From: Opitutaceae bacterium
GTDB taxonomy: Bacteria; Verrucomicrobiota; Verrucomicrobiia; Opitutales; Coraliomargaritaceae
Direction of reading: 5' to 3'
NCBI GenBank assembly: GCA_051252375.1
Contig: JBPOFY010000011.1
Coordinates: 1-64,000 of the forward strand
DNA length: 64,000 nt
Both the position numbers and the translations under genes were made by a program. The notes beneath the pieces were generated by a model. The model had not been told where the DNA came from and did no database searches. It saw only the letters and a list, made by a program, of their open reading frames with translations. Below, one piece after another: positions 21,487 to 31,126 of the stretch. Positions within the stretch are counted from its first letter, which is position 1. Every line of letters starts with the position of its first letter.

Positions 21487-22227
21487 CTAAGACTGAACAT
21501 ACCGCTTCCCCACGCCGTAGCAGCGCGGGTATTGCTTACAGATGCGACGCAGGTGCTCCTTAAAGCAGGCCTTATCAAACGGCTGTTCACTGAAAGCCAC
21601 GATCCGGTTCTCGTAGCCCTCCATCTTAAATTGGATGCTATGCGGGAAGCGCTTCTTCAACTTGGCGTCCTTAAACGGTGGCAAGTGCGGCACCTTGCGC
21701 GGCTCAATTAAATTAAAAACCAATATCCCACCCGGGCGCAGCAATTCCGCCAAGCGATGACACCACTGCGCATCCATCGGCGTGCAACGAACGGGAATAC
21801 CGTTTTCTTCGCCGTAGAGGTCATCCAAAATATAATCAAAGCGACCTTCCTCTTGGCATTCGTTCGCCCACTCCACGGCATCCGCCGCGATCAGTTCACA
21901 ACCTTCGGCGCAGTCGAAAAAACCATCTGCGATCGATAGGTGCATCGGATCGATATCCAAACCAACCACCCGCTCCGGCGCGAGCAACTCACGCAATTGC
22001 GCAGCCACCGTCCCAGCGCCAAAGCCCAAGATCAGCGCCTCTTTTACACTCTCGGCTGGTCGATACAAAGCCGGCAACGAGATCAAATCCCAAATACAAC
22101 CTGAGAGCGGACGATTCGGGTTCCACTGCGAGTGATTCACACCATTGCGATACAGCCGCAGCGTCGCACCCGCCGAACGCACTTCGTATTGATTTCCCTC
22201 GATATTTTGACTCCAAACAATGGCCAT
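21487..22227 (-). CDS. Class I SAM-dependent methyltransferase (spermidine synthase-like)
   Basis: Motifs LILGFGAGT, GLDID, DYILDDLY, LRPGGILVFN. Confidence 0.78.
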   Translation of the reverse strand: MAIVWSQNIEGNQYEVRSAGATLRLYRNGVNHSQWNPNRPLSGCIWDLISLPALYRPAESVKEALILGFGAGTVAAQLRELLAPERVVGLDIDPMHLSIADGFFDCAEGCELIAADAVEWANECQEEGRFDYILDDLYGEENGIPVRCTPMDAQWCHRLAELLRPGGILVFNLIEPRKVPHLPPFKDAKLKKRFPHSIQFKMEGYENRIVAFSEQPFDKACFKEHLRRICKQYPRCYGVGKRYVQS

Positions 22228-22287
22228 AGTCCGCAAGGCAATCGATTCTCCCCAAAGCGTCGAGGTCGAAAACGCAGGATGGATTGG

Positions 22288-22646
22288 GAACCGTTAATGG
22301 ACGTTAATAAACGTGAATCATCTGGCACGACGCAAAGAAGTAGCGGCGGTCGTCCCGACCGCCACACGTGTGAGAAGCCACACCATAAGCGTCCATTAGC
22401 GAACATAAGCGGTCGTCAGCTACGCTGACCCAGCAGAGCCAACGCTCCCCGAAGCCGAGCTTCGAGGCTACAAGGATGCCGGTATCTAAACCGTAGGGGC
22501 TTTGCTTGCGAAGACCGTAGTTTGCAAACCAGCGCTACAATCGTTCACGGTCTTCGCCCTTCGGCAAAATGCTCAGGGCCTTGAGCCTGTCGAAACGGCA
22601 AGCAAAGCCCCTACCATTCACGTTCATTAACGTCCATTAACGGTTC
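22288..22646. repeat. Nested repeat element bounded by 31-bp inverted repeats
   Basis: GAACCGTTAATGGACGTTAATAAACGTGAAT at 22288 and its reverse complement (1 mismatch) at 22616-22646 enclose several other repeat types. Confidence 0.85.
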
Positions 22647-22755
22647 AAGTCCTCCTGCTTGCCCTACTCCCAAATCCTAACACTCACTTGCAAACGGCTC
22701 GCAAAATGTTAACTTCCTACCTTTCGCAAACACTCAACCACACACACAAATTATT

Positions 22756-23214
22756 ATGAAACTCCTCCCATTGCTTGCTCTCTGCATTCTCCCACTCATC
22801 GCTGTGCAAACAGTCAGCGCGCACTGCCAAGTGCCCTGCGGTATCTACGGCGACGAACTCAAGTTCGGCGAACTCGAACAACACATCGACACCATCACTA
22901 AAGCCAGCGCACAGATCACAGAAATTTCTGCGAAAGATACACTCACCGCGCAGGACCAGCAGCAATTGATCCGTTGGACCAACAACAAGGAATCACACGC
23001 CCAAAAGATCATCGATGAATCGGCCAACTACTTCCTCGCCCAACGCATCAAACCCGACGCCGATCACTACGCAAAAAAAGTCGAGCTCCTGCATCACATC
23101 ATCGTCTATTCGATGAAGTCCAAACAAAGCACCGACGGCGCAGCCGCTAAAACTTTAGACGAAAAACTCGCCGCGTTCAAAGCGATCTACCTCGATCACA
23201 CGCACACACACTAA
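22756..23214 (+). CDS. sodN: Nickel superoxide dismutase with Sec-type signal peptide
   Basis: Ni-hook HCQVPCGIY follows VSA directly; KESHA motif. Confidence 0.92.
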   Translation: MKLLPLLALCILPLIAVQTVSAHCQVPCGIYGDELKFGELEQHIDTITKASAQITEISAKDTLTAQDQQQLIRWTNNKESHAQKIIDESANYFLAQRIKPDADHYAKKVELLHHIIVYSMKSKQSTDGAAAKTLDEKLAAFKAIYLDHTHTH

Positions 23215-23220
23215 GCCTGC

Positions 23221-23785
23221 CCGTCTTAAACTTAATCCCGACTACTGGGATCACGTTTAGATTATGATTCAGAGTAAGACCACAGAACCTATTCATTAGC
23301 GGACATTAGCGAAAATTAGCGGTCGTCAGCTACGCTGACCCAACAGAGCAACGGGAATACAGTGGACTAGCACGACGTATCTCCAGCATAGCTGGAAACC
23401 GCTTATTGGCGCTTATTCACGCTTATAATGATACACCCAGCAACGGTAGCGGCGGTCGTCCCTGACCGCCAAACGTATGGAAAGCCCCATCTGCGCAGAG
23501 AACTAAAGACTGCAATGGCGCTCGGGACGAGCGCCCCTACCTCCCAATCTATCTCATCACAATCATTAACTCTTCCCGTCTTAATCCTAATCTTACTCTT
23601 AATCTTAATCCCTATCCCTAGCGTTCTCTAATCAAACGTTTAGATTAAGAGTAGGAGTAAGATTAAGGGCACAACCAAGTCCCTACCATAAGCGCCTATT
23701 AGCGAATATCAGCGGTCGTCAGCTATGCTGACAAAACACTCACCCCATCATACGATTCACGTCCATTAACGTCCATAAACGGTTC
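23221..23785. repeat. Composite repeat mosaic
   Basis: Hexamer elements; ACCGCT-family arms at 23382 and 23687-23732 enclose a GTAG doublet at 23446-23541; largely homologous to 19570-19819. Confidence 0.85.
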
Positions 23786-23864
23786 AAGCTTTCATGTTTT
23801 AAAGATCGGGGTTTACTATTGGAGTCGATTATAGGAAACACAGTCCTACAAAGCTCGATTCCAC

Positions 23865-25454
23865 ATGCCCGAAGAAAACACAGCACCTCCCTCCGAACCC
23901 ACTATCGTGGATATCGTATTGCCCTTGGAGCAATCGGAGGATGCGGCTGCGCAAAAGGCAGCTGTCGCGGCAAAACTAGCGCAACCACTGGAATCGATTC
24001 ACGAGCTGCGCTTACTCAAACACTCGATCGATGCGCGGCAGCACCAGGTCAAAGTGCAGCTACGTTTCGAAGTCGGTCTCGGGCAAGCACTGCCCGAGCA
24101 AGCACCACTGGCGCCCAACTACGCCACGGTCTCGGCAAACTCCCCCACCGTCGTCATCGTCGGCTGTGGTCCTGCCGGAATGTTTGCCGCGCTGCGTTGC
24201 CTCGAACTCGGGCTCAAGCCGATCATTCTCGAACGCGGTAAGGACGCCTCCGCACGCCGCTTCGATCTCGGACCGATCCTCAAAGAAGGCCGCGTGATTG
24301 AAGACTCCAACTACTGCTTCGGCGAAGGCGGTGCCGGCACCTACTCCGACGGCAAGCTCTACACCCGCGCCACCAAACGCGGCCCCGTCCGCAGCATTTA
24401 CGAAACCTTCGTCGCCCACGGCGCACCTGAGCGCATCCTGATCGATGCCCACCCGCACATCGGCTCCAACCTCCTACCGAAGGTGGTCATGGCGATGCGC
24501 GAATCCATTCTCGCCGCTGGCGGTGAGGTGCACTTCGGCGCCAAGGTCAAAGACTTCCTCATCACCGAGGATCAAATCAAAGGCGTGCGCACCTGCGACG
24601 GTCGCGAGTTCCTCAGCGAGAAAGTCATCCTCGCCACCGGACACTCCGCCCGCGACATTTACGAAACCTTACATGCACAAGGCATCCTGCTGGAGCAAAA
24701 ACCGTTCGCCGTCGGCGTGCGGATCGAGCACCCGCAGCCATTGATCGACTCCGTGCAATACCACTACCCGCTCGGCACTGAGCGCCCGCGCTTATTGCCC
24801 GCAGCCAGCTATCGACTCGCCACCAAGATCGATGACCGTGGCGTGCACTCTTTCTGTATGTGCCCCGGTGGATTCATCGTGCCGGCCGCTACTGAAAACG
24901 ACGAAGTCGTGGTCAACGGCATGAGCCTCGCGCGCCGCGATTCACCTTTCGCCAACAGCGGCATGGTCGTCACCGTCGAGCCCGAAGATACCGAACCATT
25001 CATCAAAGAGCACGGCGTGCTCGCTGGGATCGCATTTCAAAAAGCACTCGAAGTCGCCGCCAAACAAGCCGGCGGTGGTGGACAAGTTGCCCCCGGACAA
25101 CGCGTCACTGATTTCCTCGCCGGCAAGACCTCGCAAGATTTGCCCAAGACCAGTTACTTCCCCGGGATCACCAGTTCACGCATCGACGAAATCCTCCCCG
25201 AGTGGATCGTCAGCCGCATGCGCCGCGGACTCACTATGTTCGGCGAGCAAATGCGCGGCTACATCACCGAAGAGTGTAACTTAATCGGCTTCGAAACCCG
25301 CACCAGTTCACCCGTAAGAATCCCCCGCGATTCAGAGACCTTGCAACACCCCGAAGTCAAAGGCCTCTTCCCCTGCGGCGAAGGCGCCGGCTTCGCAGGT
25401 GGTATCGTCAGTGCCGCGCTGGATGGGATACGGTGTGCTGAAGCAGCGGAGTGA
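23865..25454 (+). CDS. NAD(P)/FAD-dependent oxidoreductase
   Basis: Motifs VGCGPAGMFAA, FGEGGAGTYSDGKL, FCMCPGG, PCGEGAGFAGGI. Confidence 0.88.
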   Translation: MPEENTAPPSEPTIVDIVLPLEQSEDAAAQKAAVAAKLAQPLESIHELRLLKHSIDARQHQVKVQLRFEVGLGQALPEQAPLAPNYATVSANSPTVVIVGCGPAGMFAALRCLELGLKPIILERGKDASARRFDLGPILKEGRVIEDSNYCFGEGGAGTYSDGKLYTRATKRGPVRSIYETFVAHGAPERILIDAHPHIGSNLLPKVVMAMRESILAAGGEVHFGAKVKDFLITEDQIKGVRTCDGREFLSEKVILATGHSARDIYETLHAQGILLEQKPFAVGVRIEHPQPLIDSVQYHYPLGTERPRLLPAASYRLATKIDDRGVHSFCMCPGGFIVPAATENDEVVVNGMSLARRDSPFANSGMVVTVEPEDTEPFIKEHGVLAGIAFQKALEVAAKQAGGGGQVAPGQRVTDFLAGKTSQDLPKTSYFPGITSSRIDEILPEWIVSRMRRGLTMFGEQMRGYITEECNLIGFETRTSSPVRIPRDSETLQHPEVKGLFPCGEGAGFAGGIVSAALDGIRCAEAAE

Positions 25455-25467
25455 GGTTATTGCCACC

Positions 25468-25914
25468 TTAGGCTGGTTTGCTCTCGTAGGTTCTAGTTGA
25501 TTTTGGACTATATTGCGCCCATTCGATTCTTTTATTCCACAGGACCCAGATAAACGGGATCAAGAATAGAGGATCTAGCGCCAAGTTATAACCACCATGT
25601 CGAAAGGTCGCATACATAGCGTAAAAACTAGTTAATGTAGCAATAATGCCGTAAACTATACCCAGCTTTAAGGCCCAATTCTTACCCCACAAGATTCCGT
25701 ATGCAACGACCGCCGATAAGGTCAAAAGTGCCGCAAGATATGTAGCCAACAGTGAGTATGAATTCGTTGCTTCAGCCGACAACCCGAAGGCGGAGATATC
25801 GTATGTAAATCCTGCGATCAAGCCCGTGACATAGATGACCGGAGCAATGCTCATAAACAAGAAAAACCAGGAGAAGAACCTTATCCAAGTAGGGAGTATT
25901 TCTTTTCGTTTCAT
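25468..25914 (-). CDS. Hypothetical membrane protein (about 4 TM)
   Basis: 148-aa hydrophobic ORF in an AT-richer stretch. Confidence 0.7.
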   Translation of the reverse strand: MKRKEILPTWIRFFSWFFLFMSIAPVIYVTGLIAGFTYDISAFGLSAEATNSYSLLATYLAALLTLSAVVAYGILWGKNWALKLGIVYGIIATLTSFYAMYATFRHGGYNLALDPLFLIPFIWVLWNKRIEWAQYSPKSTRTYESKPA

Positions 25915-25958
25915 TCTTACTTACAGTCAAAGGTATTGCCCATCTTACTTGGTTCGAA

Positions 25959-26540
25959 CTAATTCTGACTTAGAACAGACCGAACTCGAAAGAACCGTTT
26001 GGCTGCCGATGAACCATAAGTCCCCGGAGTCGCAGCTGTCCAAGTGATTAGATCTTCACTTGATTCAAGAATGATTTCAACAGGCCCACTTGCATCGGTA
26101 GGTATGACTACTGTATTAGTTGGGATTAAGTTGGTTTCCGAATACTCAACAATCTTCAGGCCTACGATAGCTCTAGAATTCTTTCCACCTTCATCTTGGA
26201 TATTAATCTGCGCTGGTCCTTGAAATTTAGGAAGCGCATCAGGAATAGATTCAGACGTGTAGCGAATCTCAAACTGATATAGATTTTGATTCCCTTGAAT
26301 TTCAATTCGAGAGAATGTGTTAGTATTCCCCGGAGTTCCAGGTTGTTCGGTCCCTGTGATTAAGTCCAATGAAACAAATTCGACGAGATAGCCTGCTGGT
26401 ATATCTATGTTAGTTTCGCCGTTCAAGGCGTCGCCACTCACCAAAACAACATACGGAGGCGGCGATCCTTGTCCACTTGCGAGAATTGGCAGCAGGTTTA
26501 GAAGCCCGATAAATATTTTGAATAGGTTCCGCTTTTTCAT
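25959..26540 (-). CDS. Exported hypothetical protein
   Basis: MKKRNLF signal peptide; C-terminus LESSEDLITW...KRFFRVR. Confidence 0.7.
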   Translation of the reverse strand: MKKRNLFKIFIGLLNLLPILASGQGSPPPYVVLVSGDALNGETNIDIPAGYLVEFVSLDLITGTEQPGTPGNTNTFSRIEIQGNQNLYQFEIRYTSESIPDALPKFQGPAQINIQDEGGKNSRAIVGLKIVEYSETNLIPTNTVVIPTDASGPVEIILESSEDLITWTAATPGTYGSSAAKRFFRVRSVLSQN

Positions 26541-26703
26541 ATTTTCACTTCCGAACAAGTAATTATGTAATTTATACATATCATCCACCTTGAGATGACA
26601 TGTAAACAGGAAACGTTAGGCTCAGTGAGCGCCAGCTAATCATGCCCAATGGGGTGAATTGAAACGAGGTGTCTGTATAACCGGAAAGCCACTTATTGAA
26701 AAT

Positions 26704-26778
26704 GGTAGGGACGCCTGCCCTCAGGCGTCCGAAAGCAGCTAGGCAAACCGTGGACGTCTGAGGGCAGACGTCCCTACC
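26704..26778. repeat. GTAG REP doublet
   Basis: GGTAGGGACGCCTGCCCTCAGGCGTCC...GGACGTCTGAGGGCAGACGTCCCTACC. Confidence 0.85.
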
Positions 26779-26791
26779 TTTTAAAGCCAGT

Positions 26792-27286
26792 TCAATCGCC
26801 CGTTCCAACTGAGTCCTTTGCCTCAGCTAAACGCTGTCGAATCTCGCCAAATGTCAGTAACGATTTCATACCATAAGTCGCGCAGGTGCCATCAGTGAAA
26901 TCAGTGGTCGAGAGTAAGGATTTCTCTTTATAATATTCGACCTTGATCGTATCGACGGTCGTGCAACCGCCAAACCCTGGCTTTGCGTAAAACTTAAAAA
27001 GCTTATCCAATTTCTTTAAATCGTCCGGGCTTAAGGGCAACTCACCTAGGCGCGTGCGCGCTCCCTCGATCGACTCCTGCTTTTCTTCGGACCAGGTCGA
27101 GACCAGTTCATACACCTCCACCGTATTGCCCTGAAAGATAAACAACTCCGTGGAATGGTGAAAACAACCGGAAGAACTAAAGGTCACTTCCACGCGCTCG
27201 CCCTTTGCCAATGTCTGAAACGAAGGCATCTTCGCCGAAAGGAGCGTGCAGGTCGTGAAGAGTAGGCAAATCAGTAGTGATCTCAT
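26792..27286 (-). CDS. Exported hypothetical protein
   Basis: Signal peptide; Cys motifs SSGCFH, GGCTTVD, GTC. Confidence 0.7.
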   Translation of the reverse strand: MRSLLICLLFTTCTLLSAKMPSFQTLAKGERVEVTFSSSGCFHHSTELFIFQGNTVEVYELVSTWSEEKQESIEGARTRLGELPLSPDDLKKLDKLFKFYAKPGFGGCTTVDTIKVEYYKEKSLLSTTDFTDGTCATYGMKSLLTFGEIRQRLAEAKDSVGTGD

Positions 27287-27310
27287 CTTATAGCTCCGAA
27301 AGGATGCGAC

Positions 27311-27499
27311 TCATTTCTTTTTAGCAAGAAACGCTGCAACGACGAGACCTACGGCGACTACAGAGCAACCGACCACAAAACTGGTTCCTAAACCAGAGAG
27401 CGTCTTAGAGGCAGTGCTGCCGAGCTCATACACAATAAGATCTGCATGCGCGAAAGAGGTAGTCGACAAGAGTAAGGCGGCAATGACGGGGTATTTCAT
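27311..27499 (-). CDS. Small membrane protein
   Basis: Signal peptide ending AHA, one TM helix, KKK tail. Confidence 0.55.
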   Translation of the reverse strand: MKYPVIAALLLSTTSFAHADLIVYELGSTASKTLSGLGTSFVVGCSVVAVGLVVAAFLAKKK

Positions 27500-27578
27500 G
27501 GTGATCAAAATGGGCTATTTTGGATGCGAGCGCTACATTTAAAGTGTAGCGAAAAGAGTTAGCCCACATATGGATTTA

Positions 27579-27706
27579 TTAACCACCCGCGCCCTACGGT
27601 TGCTAGAGGCACAGAGAGACGGAGGGCTGGAGGCGTGATCATCAACCCCACGCCTACTTTCTCCCTGCTCCGTGCCTCAGTGCCTCTAGCGATAGCGGGT
27701 GGTTAA
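27579..27706. repeat. Long imperfect inverted repeat (AGAGGCACAGAG type)
   Basis: TTAACCACCCGC...GCTAGAGGCACAGAGAGACGGAG / CTCCGTGCCTCAGTGCCTCTAGC...GCGGGTGGTTAA. Confidence 0.78.
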
Positions 27707-27786
27707 CCTACGTATCCCAAGCCGACCCCAACACCCAATCAAACGAAACTCGACTAGCTCAAAAAACCGCGAAAGACTGCGTCATC

Positions 27787-28644
27787 ATGCCTACCGACAA
27801 CGACCAAAAGCCGACTGAACCACATACAGAAAACATGGTGTGGACGCGTATTTTCTATGGACGCGAAGTCATGGAGCGTATCATCGATACGATCTCCCGG
27901 AAAGAAGCCCTGCAGCAGCGCTATATCTGGCGCTACATCATGCGCGCGGCGATGGCGGGATTCATTGTGATGCTCATGTATGTATTCACTTATCAGGTGA
28001 AGGCGGATTTAGGTGATGCACTCAATCTCGGTATTTCAAAATACATCACCGCACTCACTTTCAGTGTGGCACTGGTCTTCATCTACTTCACCAATTCAGA
28101 ACTGCTCACGAGTAACTTCATGTATTTCACGGTGGGTGTTTACTACCGAAAGATAAAAACCTTAAAGGCGATGCGCTTGCTAGGGCTCTGCCTATTCGGC
28201 AACATGTTGGGCATTGTCTTTATCGCAGCCTTAGTGGCTTCCAGTAATATTGTTTCGCCTGAAATGAGTCAGCATCTACTACATACCGTGGATGCGAAGA
28301 CGGTCGGCAGTGATGCATGGACCATTTTCGTTAAAGGGATCTTTGCGAACTTCTTCATCAACATAGCGATCATCATCGCGATGCAACTCGGCGATGACTT
28401 CATCGCCAAGATCTTCACCCTACTCGCGGGTGTCGCGGTGTTTGCCTACATGGGCTTCGAACACGTGGTGGCGAATTCTGCACTCTTCGTGCTCGCGCTC
28501 ATGCTCGAACCCAGTTCCGTGGACTTACTACACACGGGCAAAAATTTCATCTTTTCACTGTTAGGTAACTACGTCGGCGGCGGTCTTATTATTGGTCTGT
28601 TCTACGCATTTCTCAACGGTGGTCGGAAGTTTGAGAATGAATAA
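27787..28644 (+). CDS. Formate/nitrite transporter family protein
   Basis: Motifs SELLTSNF, KGIFANF, GFEHVVAN, LGNYVGGG. Confidence 0.9.
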   Translation: MPTDNDQKPTEPHTENMVWTRIFYGREVMERIIDTISRKEALQQRYIWRYIMRAAMAGFIVMLMYVFTYQVKADLGDALNLGISKYITALTFSVALVFIYFTNSELLTSNFMYFTVGVYYRKIKTLKAMRLLGLCLFGNMLGIVFIAALVASSNIVSPEMSQHLLHTVDAKTVGSDAWTIFVKGIFANFFINIAIIIAMQLGDDFIAKIFTLLAGVAVFAYMGFEHVVANSALFVLALMLEPSSVDLLHTGKNFIFSLLGNYVGGGLIIGLFYAFLNGGRKFENE

Positions 28645-28678
28645 AGCCCGCCCGTCCCCGGTGTCACGGTAGGTATTC

Positions 28679-28824
<146 letters not shown>

Positions 28825-28840
28825 GCAATGATGTTTCGCC

Positions 28841-29578
28841 TTACATCCGCCCTACTCGCATGAGCTCGGCGGTGATTTGATCGATCTGCGCTTCGTGTGC
28901 TTTGCGCTCGGGGTCGTAACTATCCAACAAGGCCCAGAAGTGCTTTGAGTGGTTCATCTCGGTCAAATGCGCGAGCTCGTGGAGGATGACGTAGTCCTGC
29001 AATTTGGGCTCCAACAGAACCAAACGCCAGTTCAAGGAAATGCCTCCACTACTGGAACAGGAACCCCAGCGACTGGATTGGTCGCGCACGCTGAGCTTGC
29101 TATACTTCAATCCTAAACGCTTGGCATGATATGCAATGCGACAGCCTAAGGCATCTTTGGCAAAGCGACGCACCAACTGTAAGAGACTGGCCTCAAAATC
29201 GTCGACCGTTTCGGGCACGCGCAGAATCAATTCAGAACCACCAGCATCGAAAATATAATCCGCGCGCACACGATCGGTCACGCGCGCGATGCTCACGAAG
29301 AACTGATCGCCGCTACCACTGATACGTGGGTGCTCCGCCAACCAATCGCTCAGGGTGCGTGCACGCGGCACTTTCGCATATTGCGCGACTAGCCACTCGC
29401 GTTGCTTTTCGACAAACTTCAAAGCCTCCCGATCCGAGCAACGCCATGGCACAGATACCAGAATTTGGTTTTGATGCCCCAGCGTCAGCCGCAGATTCCG
29501 CGAGCCTTTACGACGACGTATCTCGATCGGGACGGAAGTATCACCGACGAGGACAGTTAGATGTTCGCTCGGTTTCAT
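28841..29578 (-). CDS. YgjP/DUF45-like zinc metallopeptidase
   Basis: Motifs SRWGSCS, LNWRL, YVILHELAH, NHSKHFW. Confidence 0.88.
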   Translation of the reverse strand: MKPSEHLTVLVGDTSVPIEIRRRKGSRNLRLTLGHQNQILVSVPWRCSDREALKFVEKQREWLVAQYAKVPRARTLSDWLAEHPRISGSGDQFFVSIARVTDRVRADYIFDAGGSELILRVPETVDDFEASLLQLVRRFAKDALGCRIAYHAKRLGLKYSKLSVRDQSSRWGSCSSSGGISLNWRLVLLEPKLQDYVILHELAHLTEMNHSKHFWALLDSYDPERKAHEAQIDQITAELMRVGRM

Positions 29579-29598
29579 GCTAGATACGTGATCTGGGG

Positions 29599-29677
29599 TG
29601 TAGCCACGGCACTCTGAGCCGTGCCGCAGTGCCAGAAAGCGAGCGAGACGGACACGGCACAGAGTGCCGTGGCTACA
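29599..29677. repeat. GTAG REP doublet
   Basis: TGTAGCCACGGCACTCTGAGCCGTG...CACGGCACAGAGTGCCGTGGCTACA. Confidence 0.85.
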
Positions 29678-29761
29678 TTAGAATGCCTCCCAAGCTTATG
29701 CCCGACTGAATTGATACATTCCATCGCTTCTAAATTCTGTCTCCTGACTCCTAACTACTGA

Positions 29762-30427
29762 TCAGCCATCTGGCTGATCCAATTGGTCCACCACGCTCTG
29801 CGCGTAGCGACGTAGAGCAGACTCGGCATCGAGTTTTTTAATCCGGCAAGCGGCGGCGATTTCGAAAAGTTGTTTACCAAGTGCGGCTTCGTCGGCAGCG
29901 AGGGCGGCGGCGGTCATTTCGATGCCACCTTCGTCGATCACTTCGGCGGCTTCCATTTCCTGCTTCTTGATTTGCTTATACACATCTTGCGCAAACATGA
30001 GTGCCGGGAGTTGACGAGGCAGATCTTTGAAGCGCCCCTTTTGCTCGGGGCCGCGTTTCTTTTCTTCGGCTTTGATCGCGTCCCATTGTTTGAGCACGGC
30101 ATCGGAATCGCCCAGTGCGCCGTCGCCAAAGACGTGTGGGTGGCGGTGCACGAGTTTATCGTTCACCACATGGCAGACTTTATCGAAATCAAACTGCCCT
30201 GCTTCTTGCGCCATCTGTGCATGCATCACGACTTGAAGGAGCACATCGCCGAGCTCTTCTTCCATGTGATCCATATCGAGGCGATCAATCGTCTGCAGCA
30301 GCTCGCAACATTCATCGATCAAGCACTCGGCGATCGATTGGTGGTCTTGTTCGATATCCCAAGGGCAACCCGTTTCCGGTTCACGCAAGGCTGCGACTGT
30401 TTTAATTAAGGCATCTATTCCGCTCAT
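29762..30427 (-). CDS. mazG: MazG-family nucleotide pyrophosphohydrolase
   Basis: Motifs GCPWD, EELGDVLLQV, RHPHVFG; second domain shortened. Confidence 0.88.
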   Translation of the reverse strand: MSGIDALIKTVAALREPETGCPWDIEQDHQSIAECLIDECCELLQTIDRLDMDHMEEELGDVLLQVVMHAQMAQEAGQFDFDKVCHVVNDKLVHRHPHVFGDGALGDSDAVLKQWDAIKAEEKKRGPEQKGRFKDLPRQLPALMFAQDVYKQIKKQEMEAAEVIDEGGIEMTAAALAADEAALGKQLFEIAAACRIKKLDAESALRRYAQSVVDQLDQPDG

Positions 30428-30518
30428 AGATATAGGATTTATGGCAATGCGGATTGATGGCGAACGAAAATTCTAGGGAGACGGATACTTAAACTATAAT
30501 GACTAGCAGGGCGAGGAA

Positions 30519-30668
30519 TCCAGCGTAGCTGGAAACCGCTTATTTTCACTTATTCACGCTAATTATAATGCACCCTACAATAAGCGTCCATTAGCGAATA
30601 TTAGCGGTTTCCAGCTATGCTGACCCTCCACTCATGCTGGTGCGTCGCGGGACGCGACTGCGCTACCT
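30519..30668. repeat. Complete CCAGCGTAGCTGG/ACCGCT-family element plus a single REP arm
   Basis: Inverted arms of about 45 bp at 30519-30624; GCGTCGCGGGACGCGACTGCGCTACC follows. Confidence 0.8.
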
Positions 30669-30684
30669 TCTTTGATTCGCGGTT

Positions 30685-31035
30685 CTATTTCAACGCGTCC
30701 GCCCAGGTGGCTTCTTTGAAACCGACAAGACCTAGGTCGTCGCCTAATAAAAAGGGGCGTTTTACAAGATTGCCTCGTCCGGCCAATAGCTTGAAAGCTT
30801 CGGGCTCAGTCATCGCGGGCAGCTTGGTTTTCATGTCGAGTTCGCGATAGTCACCGCCGGCGGTGTTGAACAATTTCTTCAAGTCGCCGTCTTGATGGGT
30901 CAACATTGCTTTCAGTTCGGCAGCCGTTGGCGGCGTCTCACGGATCGGCAGTTCTTCGTAGGCGATGCCCTGCGCGTCCAACCACTTGGTGGCTTTCTTG
31001 CAAGTGCTGCAACTTTTGTAGGTATAGATTTTCAT
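30685..31035 (-). CDS. ArsC/Spx/YffB-family protein
   Basis: Motifs CSTCKKA, LFNTAG, LVKRPF, VGF. Confidence 0.88.
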   Translation of the reverse strand: MKIYTYKSCSTCKKATKWLDAQGIAYEELPIRETPPTAAELKAMLTHQDGDLKKLFNTAGGDYRELDMKTKLPAMTEPEAFKLLAGRGNLVKRPFLLGDDLGLVGFKEATWADALK

Positions 31036-31126
31036 AATTGAAAAGGAGTCAGAATTCAGGATTCGGAAGCTTAATATGAAAGGTCGGAGTTCATTGATTA
31101 TTCTACTAAATTCTAACTCCTACCTT

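Noticed and set aside
23428..23631. 67-aa ORF with an LILILLLILIP stretch
   Set aside because: It is a translation of REP and hexamer repeats; likewise 22132-22428, 55739-56020 and 13648-13977.
28841..30427. mazG plus YgjP-like peptidase as an anti-phage system
   Set aside because: Both look like ordinary housekeeping forms, are separated by a REP, and have no restriction or toxin genes nearby.
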